A stretch of 64,000 nucleotides of DNA from Trueperaceae bacterium (lineage in GTDB: Bacteria; Deinococcota; Deinococci; Deinococcales; Trueperaceae), in the NCBI GenBank assembly GCA_965213705.1, contig OZ243913.1, forward strand, positions 896,001-960,000. The letters are read 5' to 3'. Shown one piece after another: positions 49,423-58,017 of this stretch. Each line of letters opens with the position of its first letter. The first letter of the stretch is position 1. The translations under genes and the position numbers were made by a program. The notes under the pieces were generated by a model. The model made no database searches. It was given only the letters and a program-made list of their open reading frames with translations, and was not told where the DNA came from.

Positions 49423-51723
49423 ATGAAGACAGCCTCTGCGGCCCCTGAAAACATGGCTTCCGAAAGCGCGGTCGACAAAGGCGCGGTCGACCAAAGCACG
49501 GTCGACGAAAGCACGGTCAACAAAGGCATAGTCGACAAAAGCACGGCTGCTAAAAACGTGCCCCCCGCCGAGACGACCGCTGCAGCTTTTCTGGAATTCA
49601 CGCCGCAGCAAACGTCGGTCCTTGAAACTGCGTTTGCCGCAGACTCCGGTCGGTGGGCGCCGACCGGAAACCCGGACCTTTTTGGGCGACCGCCCGAGCT
49701 GGCCGGTCGGCAAACCCTTTTCACCCCTTCGGCGGGGATCGAAAACACCGTGCCCAACGAGACCGTCCCAAAAAAACCTGCTTTAGAGACGGCCTTAGAA
49801 GCTGCCCAGTTCGGGTTCGAAGCGGTTTTGAACAAAGTGCCTATCGAGGTCGTCATTTTCGACGCCGACCACCGCTACGTGTTCTGCAACCCCGAGGCGG
49901 TCAAGGACGAAACCGTTCGCGCTTGGCTCGTCGGGCAGGACGATTTTGAGTACTGCCGCCGCCTGGGCCTCGAGCTGTCACTGGCGACCACGCGGCGCGC
50001 CCGGTTTCGGGCGGCAATCGAGAACCGGGCCGTGGAAAGTTGGGAAGAAACGGTGCGGGACGACTCGGGCGACGTTCGGCATCACTGGCGCAACCTTATG
50101 CCGGTCTTCGGGGCGGACGGCAACCTGGACTTCGTCATCGGTTACGGCCGTGACATCACCGAACGCAAACACGCGAAAGAAGCCTTGGAACGCTTCAACA
50201 GCAAGTTGGAGTCCAGGGTCAAGCTGCGCACGGCCGAACTTGAGTCCGCCAAACTCCACTTGGAAAACCTCAACTTGCAGCTGCAGCACGACGCCTTCCA
50301 CGACGCCCTGACCGGGCTGCCCAACCGAGCTTTGTTCAAAGACCGCTTGGCCCAGGCCGTCGAGCGCGAAAAGCGTCGCCCCGAAAACGGCTTTGCGGTG
50401 TTGTTTTTGGACTTCGACCGTTTCAAGGTCATCAACGACAGCCTCGGTCATGAGGTGGGTGACAGGTTGCTGGTCGCCCTGGGTGAGCGTTTGCGTGACT
50501 GCGTGCGCCCGGGGGACACCGTAGCCCGTTTGGGGGGCGACGAGTTCACCTTGCTCTTGGAAGACTTGGCGCAGGGCGGCAGCGAAGCCGTCAAAACGGC
50601 CGAACGTGTTCAACAGGCGTTGAAACGCCCTTTCCAGCTTGCCGGACAGACGCTCGCCCTTACGGTCAGCATCGGCGTCGTTCCCAGTATGCTCGGCTAC
50701 GAACACGCCGAGGAGGTGTTGCGCGACGCGAACCTAGCTATGTACGAGGCCAAAAAGCGCGGGCGCGCGGGCTACCGACTGTTCAGCCCGCAGTTGCGGG
50801 AACAGGCTTTGCGGCGTTTAGGCCTCGAGACGGACCTGCGCAGCGCCCTGGCGGCGCGTCGACTGGGGGTGCAGTATCAACCCATCGTCGCGGTACAAAC
50901 GGGCCTGCCCGTCGGTTTCGAGGCGCTGGTCCGCTGAACGCACCCGGTCCACGGACCCGTTTCGCCCGACACATTTGTTCCGCTGGCTGAAGAGGTCGGC
51001 CTCGTCACCGAACTCGACTTGTTCGTGTTGCGCACGGCTTGCTTGCAAGTGCGGGCGTGGCAACAGCAGTTCCCGCAGCCGCCGGCGCTCACCCTGAGCG
51101 CCAACCTCTCCGGCAAAAGCGTCGCTTGTCCGGGGCTGTTGGCGCGGGTCGAGGCCATCCTCGACGAAACCGGTTTCGACCCGCGCGACCTCAAGCTCGA
51201 GCTGACCGAAAGTGTGTTGGTCGGCTCGTCCGGCGAAGTCGAGGGAACCCTGGACCAACTCAGGTCCCTGGGTATCAGGCTTCACATCGACGACTTCGGT
51301 ACGGGCTACTCCTCTCTCGCTTACTTGCAAAACCTGCCCGTGAGCACGCTCAAGGTCGACCGCTCCTTTGTAGCGCACATGTTCGACAACCCGGAAAGTG
51401 CCGAGTTGGTGCGCACCGTCGTGGCGATGGCGAAGGCTTTGGGCTTGAGCGTCACGGCCGAGGGCGTCGAGACGGCCGAACAGCTCACGTACCTCAAAGC
51501 CCTGGGCTGCGAGAACGCGCAGGGCTACTTTTTCTCACGACCGCTCCCGGCCGAGGGAGTAGCGAGTTATATGCTGACACCCGCACCCAAGCCCACTGTC
51601 GAGCCGCCCATTCCCGCCTCGGCCGCCACCCGCCGGGACGAACTCGGAACCGCACCGACCACGCCGTCGGGGGTCGAACACCCGCCACAGTCCACCGCTG
51701 ACCGGGTGAAGCTGGCCGTTTAA
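49423..51723 (+). pseudogene. PAS-GGDEF-EAL protein interrupted by an in-frame TGA (50935-50937)
   Basis: HDALTGLPNR, ARLGGDEF, FEALVR*THPVHG, ELTES, DDFGTGYSSL, AEGVE, QGY all in one frame. Confidence 0.85.
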
Positions 51724-51846
51724 AACTTTACCGCCCAAAACTGACCGGGTTACAACCCAAGCCGGTTGGCGCGGGCACTTTCCCGGAACGGTTTTTGCAA
51801 AACACGACCCTAGGCGGCCTCCCGACCGGCTTGTTAAGCTGCTTTT

Positions 51847-52365
51847 ATGTCCCGCGCCCTTCTGTGTGCCAGTTTGCTCGCCGCCGGTCGGCCCTTGACC
51901 CCCAAAGAACTCGCCAAGGTGGCGGGCCTGTCACCCACGGAGGTCGAAGCGGAGGTCGACGCCTTGCAACAGGTGTTGCGTGAAGCCGACCTGGGCCTGG
52001 TGGTCGAGGCCGTCGCGGGCGGTTACCGACTGGTGGTGAACGCGAACCTCGTCCCGGCGCTGACCGACCTGCTCGCGCCGCCGCCGTTGCCGCCGCTGTC
52101 AAACGCGGCCCTGGAAACCCTCGCCATCGTCGCTTACCGCCAGCCCGTCACGCGGGGCGAAATAGAAGCGGCGCGGGGCGCGTCGTGTGTGTCGACCTTG
52201 GAGACTCTACAAGAGCGCGAACTCGTCAAAATCGTGGGCCGCAAGGACGTGGTCGGGCAGCCGCTGCTTTACGCCACGACGGAGCGGTTTTTGCTCGAGT
52301 TCGGCCTGAAGTCTTTGGACGACCTGCCTGAAATCGACAAGCCGGAAGCTTTGTTGCGGAGTTAG
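51847..52365 (+). CDS. scpB: SMC-Scp complex subunit ScpB
   Basis: VAGGYRL, LSNAALETLAIVAYRQPVTR, YATTERFL.EFGL..L.DLP. Confidence 0.93.
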   Translation: MSRALLCASLLAAGRPLTPKELAKVAGLSPTEVEAEVDALQQVLREADLGLVVEAVAGGYRLVVNANLVPALTDLLAPPPLPPLSNAALETLAIVAYRQPVTRGEIEAARGASCVSTLETLQERELVKIVGRKDVVGQPLLYATTERFLLEFGLKSLDDLPEIDKPEALLRS

Positions 52366-52391
52366 GGATATTAATAATTCAGGGGAGTCTC

Positions 52392-53039
52392 ATGAAAGTC
52401 TACCTTCTGCAAGATGACTTCGACTACAAGAACCACATCATGAAATACCGTCCTATCGTTACCTCGAACCCGCAAGATGGGTTCGAGGTAGCAAGTAAAG
52501 TTAGGAACTCTAGAGGTAAATCTCTCCTCTCCAATTGGGAAGCGCCAGAAATCAAACCCTTTTGGGAAGAACCCGAGAAGCCGGTAGCCGATATATCTTT
52601 TATTGGAGTGACCGGACCGATAACTGTAAATAACAAAGCTGTGGATGGTTTGAGGGAGTTGTTTGAAGCTAGTGGAGAGTTGCTTCCTTTAGATAGTGAA
52701 GAGGGAAAGTACTACATTCACAACGTGACGCAAGTTGTGGACGCAATCAACTTAAAAAACAGTGTCTATAAATGGATTGGCGACGAGGGCATTTCGATGA
52801 GCCTACCTGAAATCTTCAGTTTCCATGCTGGAGCAATATATGGTTTGTCTGCTTTCAGAGCCTCTAAACTAGAGAGAGAAACTCTCTACACGGACATTTT
52901 CAAACAAAGGGTCGAAGAAGCCGACCTGAAAGGCGTTATTTTCCAACTCATCTGGGACAGCGAGGACCCTAACTACCAAGACGAACGATATACACCGGAG
53001 CAGTGGGAGCGGATAAAGCAAGTACACGCTAAAGGTTGA
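52392..53039 (+). CDS. AT-rich protein, Imm11/DUF1629-like
   Basis: GELLPL..YYIHNVTQVVDAI...S and YTD.FKQ.VE...LKG..F resemble the Imm11 pattern; low GC. Confidence 0.55.
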   Translation: MKVYLLQDDFDYKNHIMKYRPIVTSNPQDGFEVASKVRNSRGKSLLSNWEAPEIKPFWEEPEKPVADISFIGVTGPITVNNKAVDGLRELFEASGELLPLDSEEGKYYIHNVTQVVDAINLKNSVYKWIGDEGISMSLPEIFSFHAGAIYGLSAFRASKLERETLYTDIFKQRVEEADLKGVIFQLIWDSEDPNYQDERYTPEQWERIKQVHAKG

Positions 53040-53104
53040 AACGTAAGAGTGACTGTGGCAAGTTTCCTCATGTGGGCACAGACAGAGAAATTGAGGGTCG
53101 AACG

Positions 53105-53536
53105 TCACTCTAGCCTTCGCGCCAGGGCGAACAGCGCGGCGTAGTAGCCGTCCACGCCCAAACCCGTCACCGTACCCACGCACACCGCCGAGACAAAACT
53201 GTGGTGCCGGAACGCTTCACGCGCGTGGGTGTTCGACAGGTGAACTTCGACGACGGGCACTTTAATCCCGGCCACCGCGTCGCGCAGCACGACCGACGTG
53301 TGGGTGAGGCCGCCGGGGTTGAGGACGACGCCCCGAAACCCTTCGTTACCAGCCCCGTGCAGCCACTCGAGCACCTGCCCCTCGTAATTGCTCTGGCGGC
53401 ACACGACCTCCAGCCCGAGCGTCGCACCCCACTCGCCACACATGTTTTCCAGGTCGGCTAAGGTTTGATAGCCGTACACTTCGGGCTCGCGTTGCCCGAG
53501 CAGGTTGAGGTTGGGGCCGTTGAGGACGAGAATCAT
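53105..53536 (-). CDS. aroQ: Type II 3-dehydroquinate dehydratase
   Basis: LNGPNLNLLG.REPEVYG, NPGGLTHTS, EVHLSN..AREAFRH. Confidence 0.96.
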   Translation of the reverse strand: MILVLNGPNLNLLGQREPEVYGYQTLADLENMCGEWGATLGLEVVCRQSNYEGQVLEWLHGAGNEGFRGVVLNPGGLTHTSVVLRDAVAGIKVPVVEVHLSNTHAREAFRHHSFVSAVCVGTVTGLGVDGYYAALFALARRLE

Positions 53537-54600
53537 CGCGTCTCCTTGAGAGCGTTCCAGGCGGCAGCAAGTTCTTCTTTACTCACGTCGTCCACCATCA
53601 CGGGTTTGCCGACGGCCTCGAGCAACACGTACTTGACCTTGCCGGAATGCGTTTTTTTGTCGCGTTGGAGGTAGGGCTCGAGCGCTGTGAAGTTTTCAAG
53701 CTCGAGGGGGGCGGGCTGCAGCCAATTCAAGAACTCTTTAACACGTTCGGTTTCGTCCGCCAACCCTCTTTGGGTTGCGAGGTGGGCGTTGAACAGCAGT
53801 CCGTAAGCGACCGCGTCGCCGTGGCCCAGGCGGTGTTGGGTGGCGGCCTCGAGCGCATGGCCCAGGGTGTGGCCCAGGTTGAGGTGGGCGCGCACCCCCC
53901 TCTCAAACGGGTCGGCCGCGACGATGTCCGCCTTGACCTCCACCGAGCGCGCGACGAGACCGCTCAAAAAGTCGGCGTCGCCCTGCGGGGTGAACTCCGA
54001 GTTTTTGACGTCTTCCAAGATTCTCTCGTCGGCGAGCAGGCCGTGTTTGAACAGTTCGACCGCGCCCTGCCGAAACTCGCGCTCGCTTAAGCTGCGGAGC
54101 ATGTCCACGTCGATACCGACGGCCCGGGGTTGCCAAAACGCGCCGACCAAGTTTTTGCCCTGCGGCAAGTTCACGCCCGTTTTGCCGCCGACGGAGGCGT
54201 CCATCATCGCCAGCAAACTGGTCGGCAAGCTGTAAAACGCGACGCCGCGCAGGTACGTCGCGGCGACGAAACCCGCTAAGTCGCTCGTGACGCCGCCGCC
54301 CAGGGACAAGACCGCACCCTGCCGGTCAAAAGCGTCCAGGCTCAGGCGCTCGAGCAGTTCCCCATACGTCGTGAGCGTTTTGCTTCTCTCGCCGCCCGAA
54401 AACAGGTACACGCAAACCTCTTTGCCCGCGGCTTTCAGGGCCGCCTCGACCCTCGGGCCGTGACAGGCGTGAACCGCCACCTCGCAGACGAGGGCGACCC
54501 TGCCTTCGCTGACGAGGCCGCAGAACTCGCCGAGTATGCCGGAGCCGACCAGCACTTCGTACGGCGGCGCGACGTTTACGCTGAGTCTGAATCGGTCCAT
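53533..54600 (-). CDS. aroB: 3-dehydroquinate synthase
   Basis: GGGVTSDLAGF, PTSLLAM.DASVGGK, LNLGHTLGHALE. Confidence 0.95.
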   Translation of the reverse strand: MDRFRLSVNVAPPYEVLVGSGILGEFCGLVSEGRVALVCEVAVHACHGPRVEAALKAAGKEVCVYLFSGGERSKTLTTYGELLERLSLDAFDRQGAVLSLGGGVTSDLAGFVAATYLRGVAFYSLPTSLLAMMDASVGGKTGVNLPQGKNLVGAFWQPRAVGIDVDMLRSLSEREFRQGAVELFKHGLLADERILEDVKNSEFTPQGDADFLSGLVARSVEVKADIVAADPFERGVRAHLNLGHTLGHALEAATQHRLGHGDAVAYGLLFNAHLATQRGLADETERVKEFLNWLQPAPLELENFTALEPYLQRDKKTHSGKVKYVLLEAVGKPVMVDDVSKEELAAAWNALKETR

Positions 54601-55133
54601 TGCCACAGTTTCTCCACGATTTCCTCCACCACGTCGACCGAATCGCGGCCGTCCGACAAAATGTCGATGGTCGCCACGTCCTCGTAAGCGCTTTTTCGCG
54701 CCGCCATGAGTTCCTCGATGCGCTCGACCGGGTTGCCGATTTCCAGGAGGGGCCGCTTGTGCCGCCGGGTGCGCTGGTAGATGGTCTGCGGGCTCGCCCA
54801 CAGCACGACGACCGGGCCGCGGCTCTTGAGCATCTCGCGGTTTTCAGCGCGCACGACCGTCCCGCCGCCGGTCGACACGACGACCTCGTCGAGTCTAAGG
54901 CAGCGCCGCACGACTTCGGTTTCGTAGTCGCGGAACGTCTGTTCGCCGTAGGTCTCGAAAATGTCGCCGATGCGCATACAGCTCACTCGCTCGATAACCT
55001 TGTCGGTGTCAATAAAGGTGAGGCCGAGTCGGCGCGACAGTTCCCAGCCGATGCGGCTTTTGCCCGCGCCCATAAACCCGGCCAAGGCGACCCAGGTGAC
55101 GGGCCGTTCCAACTCCACTTGACGATGTACCAC
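54576..55133 (-). CDS. aroK: Shikimate kinase
   Basis: GFMGAGKS, FRDYE, STGGG, RPLL. Confidence 0.95.
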   Translation of the reverse strand: MVHRQVELERPVTWVALAGFMGAGKSRIGWELSRRLGLTFIDTDKVIERVSCMRIGDIFETYGEQTFRDYETEVVRRCLRLDEVVVSTGGGTVVRAENREMLKSRGPVVVLWASPQTIYQRTRRHKRPLLEIGNPVERIEELMAARKSAYEDVATIDILSDGRDSVDVVEEIVEKLWQWTDSDSA

Positions 55134-55142
55134 GGCCGCGAC

Positions 55143-56297
55143 CTAGTAGCTGGCGACGTAGGCCGTGTGCGCGGCGAGCCGTTCGGTGAGTTCGCGCACC
55201 GTGTCCGCGCCGAACTTTTCGAGCAGCGCGTCGGCGACGACGAGCGCGGTCATCGCCAGCAGCACAACGGAGGCTGCCGGCACGGCGGTCGTGTCGGAGC
55301 GTTCCCGCGCGGCGTCGGCCGCCTCGTGCGTGACCACGTCGACGGTCGGCAGGGGTCGCATGAGGGTGGCGATGGGTTTCATGGCGGCCCGAATCACAAG
55401 CTCTTCGCCCGTGGTGATGCCGCCCTCCAACCCGCCCGAGCGGTTCGTCTTGCGGTAGTAGCCGTCGTCACTGCGAAAAATCGCGTCGTGAACGTCGCTG
55501 CCTGCGCGCAGCGCGTTTTCCCAGCCGTCGCCGATTTCGACGCCCTTGATGGCTTGGATGCTCATGGCCGCCTGCCCCAAACGCCCGTCGAGTTTGCGGT
55601 CCCACTGGGTGTGGCTGCCCAAGCCCACCGGCACGCCGCGAAAACGCGCCTCGATGATGCCGCCCAGCGTGTCGCCGTTCTTTTTGGCGTCGTCGATGCG
55701 CGCGATGATTTTGGCTTCGGCCTCGCGGTCGAAGCTGCGAATCGGGCTGTCGTCGAGTTTGTCTAAAGCGTCCCAATCCATGCCGGCGTCGCAAGGAATC
55801 CCGGCGAAGTTGACCACTCGAGCGCACGCCTGCACGCCCGCGACTTCCAACAGCCGCAGCGCCACCGCGCCCGCCGCCACCCGGCTCGCGGTTTCTCTGG
55901 CCGAGGCGCGCTCGAGCACGTCGCGCAAGTCTTTGTGGCCGTACTTGACGCCACCTGCCAAGTCGACGTGGCCGGGCCGAGCCTCGGTCAGGGCTTTTTT
56001 GCGCGGCTCGTTGCCGGGTTCGGCGGCCATAATCTCCGACCAGTTGCGCCAGTCGCGGTTGTCAATCCGCATGGACAAGGGTGCGCCGGTCGTGCGCCCG
56101 GCCCGGACGCCCGCCAACAGCTGCGCGCAGTCGCTTTCTATCACCATGCGCCGACCGCGCCCGTAACCGCCCTGGCGGCGGCGCAGCCAGGGGTCGACGT
56201 GCTTTTCAGCAACAAGCTCTAAACCGGACGGCACCCCGTCCAGCAACACAGTCAGGGACGGCCCGTGCGACTCGCCCGCGGATAAATATCTAAGCAT
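55143..56297 (-). CDS. aroC: Chorismate synthase
   Basis: AGESHG, RPGH.DL, ERASARETA, GGLEGG, MKPI.T, RSD. Confidence 0.96.
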   Translation of the reverse strand: MLRYLSAGESHGPSLTVLLDGVPSGLELVAEKHVDPWLRRRQGGYGRGRRMVIESDCAQLLAGVRAGRTTGAPLSMRIDNRDWRNWSEIMAAEPGNEPRKKALTEARPGHVDLAGGVKYGHKDLRDVLERASARETASRVAAGAVALRLLEVAGVQACARVVNFAGIPCDAGMDWDALDKLDDSPIRSFDREAEAKIIARIDDAKKNGDTLGGIIEARFRGVPVGLGSHTQWDRKLDGRLGQAAMSIQAIKGVEIGDGWENALRAGSDVHDAIFRSDDGYYRKTNRSGGLEGGITTGEELVIRAAMKPIATLMRPLPTVDVVTHEAADAARERSDTTAVPAASVVLLAMTALVVADALLEKFGADTVRELTERLAAHTAYVASY

Positions 56298-56329
56298 CCT
56301 TAAAGCCTAGCACGCGCCGCGAAGCCGTG

Positions 56330-56367
56330 ACGAAAGCCGCGTCTTGTCGACAAGACGCGGCTTTCGT
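56330..56367. terminator. 38-bp palindrome after pilQ
   Basis: ACGAAAGCCGCGTCTTGTC/GACAAGACGCGGCTTTCGT. Confidence 0.65.
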
Positions 56368-56385
56368 TCGGAGTTTGAAGACGGT

Positions 56386-58017
56386 TTATTCGATGACGTC
56401 GGCCGTGACCACGAGGAGCAGTTCGGTGTCGGTGCGGGAAGTGCTGTTGGTTTTGAACAAGTTGCCCACCAGCGGAATGCTGCTTAAAAGCGGCACGCCC
56501 TGTACCGACTGCGTAAACTGGTTTTGGATGAGCCCGCCTAACAGCACGGTTTGGCCCGGCTCGAGCGTGACCGTCGAAGACACTTTGCGCTCGGAAAAGT
56601 CGATGCGCTGCGGGATGCCGCCTTCGTTGAAGGGCGTGAGCAGGTCGGACACCTCGGCCGTGACGTCCAGGATGACCCGGCCGTCGCTCGAGATGCGCGG
56701 CGTCACTTCGATAATCACCCCGAAGTTGATGGTGCGCTGGCTGGTAGTACCGTCCGGGCCGGGGTAAGTGATTTCGATGCGCCCGCCCGACTTGATGTTG
56801 AAGGGTTGGTTGTTCAAGACCGTCATGTTGCTGTCGTCGACGCGGCGCGACAGACCTTGGCTTTCTAGGGTGTCGAGCACCGCTCCTAAGTTGAGGCCGG
56901 AGACCGCGTTTTGCGCGTCGAAGATGAAGTTGAGGCTGCCGCCCAAAATAGTCGTGGCGAAGTTGCCGATGCCCGCCGCTAAGTTGATACCCAAGTTGTC
57001 GGCGGCTCGAGAGGTGATTTCTTGAATCCGCACCTGCACGTTGACCTGCTGCTGCGGCACGTCGAGCTGCGGGATGAGGGCGGCAATCTGCTCTTGTATG
57101 GTTGGGGTTGCTGTAACTATGAGGCTGTTCGTGCGTTCGTCGGCGACGACAGTAAAAGGTTGAGCTGGAGCGGCGCTGGGTGTGGCAATAACGGCGGTGT
57201 CGGGCAGGGCGGGGCTCGAGCCGTCCACGCTCGTAGCATCCCCCACGGCGTCGATGCTGCGCTCGACGCCGGAAGTTTGCAGCACATCGGCGAGCGTGTC
57301 AGCTTTGGCGTTGGCTAAGGTGTAAATGCGGAGAACCTGGGTTTCATTCGTTTTTTGCCCTGCTATAGGTTGGTCTAGCTCTTGAATAATTGAGGCAATT
57401 TCATCTTGAAGGATTTCTGGAGCCGTAATAATTAAGCTGTTCGTTCTTGGGTCTGCAGAGACGGTAACATCAGCTTGACGAAGTCCAAAGCCTGCCTCAC
57501 CTGTTCCGCCAAGTTCCTGTGTTCCCGAAGTTTGTATTAGGGAAACAGCGCTTCCGTCGAGCACGTCTTTGACGGCTTCAGCCTGCGCGAAGGTCAAACG
57601 ATATATTCGCCGAGTGAATTGTAGGTCTCTTCCTCTTCCGACGTTGTCTGTAAGAACTGCGTCGCCTCTGACTTTGGCAACAATCTCGGGAGGGCCGACA
57701 ACGATAACGTCGTTTTCCAGAAGCACATAGTCCAAGCTGTTCAGGGTCAAAAGCGTGTTCCACACTTGTCGGAACGGTTTGGGGCTGTCGACGTTGATAG
57801 AAACGACCGTGTCGGGAACGCTCTCCACAATAGGGGTGAGCCCGACGCCCCGCGCCAAGCTTTCGACCAACGCGCGCAGCATTTCGCCGTCTTGCTTGGA
57901 CACGAGGACGGTAGGCTCGCTATAGCGAGCGTCCTCAGGCAGGGGCGCGAGTTGCGCGGCGGCGCTGCACCAGAGAACCGCCAACAAAGTCAAACCGAAT
58001 AAACGTTTCATGTTCAC
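56386..58017 (-). CDS. pilQ: Secretin (PilQ/GspD family)
   Basis: Signal peptide, two D.RTNSLI N-domain repeats, GQTVLLGGL, VPLLSSIPLVGNLF; last gene of pilMNO operon. Confidence 0.85.
   Translation of the reverse strand: MNMKRLFGLTLLAVLWCSAAAQLAPLPEDARYSEPTVLVSKQDGEMLRALVESLARGVGLTPIVESVPDTVVSINVDSPKPFRQVWNTLLTLNSLDYVLLENDVIVVGPPEIVAKVRGDAVLTDNVGRGRDLQFTRRIYRLTFAQAEAVKDVLDGSAVSLIQTSGTQELGGTGEAGFGLRQADVTVSADPRTNSLIITAPEILQDEIASIIQELDQPIAGQKTNETQVLRIYTLANAKADTLADVLQTSGVERSIDAVGDATSVDGSSPALPDTAVIATPSAAPAQPFTVVADERTNSLIVTATPTIQEQIAALIPQLDVPQQQVNVQVRIQEITSRAADNLGINLAAGIGNFATTILGGSLNFIFDAQNAVSGLNLGAVLDTLESQGLSRRVDDSNMTVLNNQPFNIKSGGRIEITYPGPDGTTSQRTINFGVIIEVTPRISSDGRVILDVTAEVSDLLTPFNEGGIPQRIDFSERKVSSTVTLEPGQTVLLGGLIQNQFTQSVQGVPLLSSIPLVGNLFKTNSTSRTDTELLLVVTADVIE

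Noticed and set aside
50935..50937. Selenocysteine codon or genome-wide TGA=Trp recoding
   Set aside because: The position corresponds to Trp, not Cys; TGA ends many intact genes here (e.g. glpD, cysS, herA) and Trp is otherwise TGG
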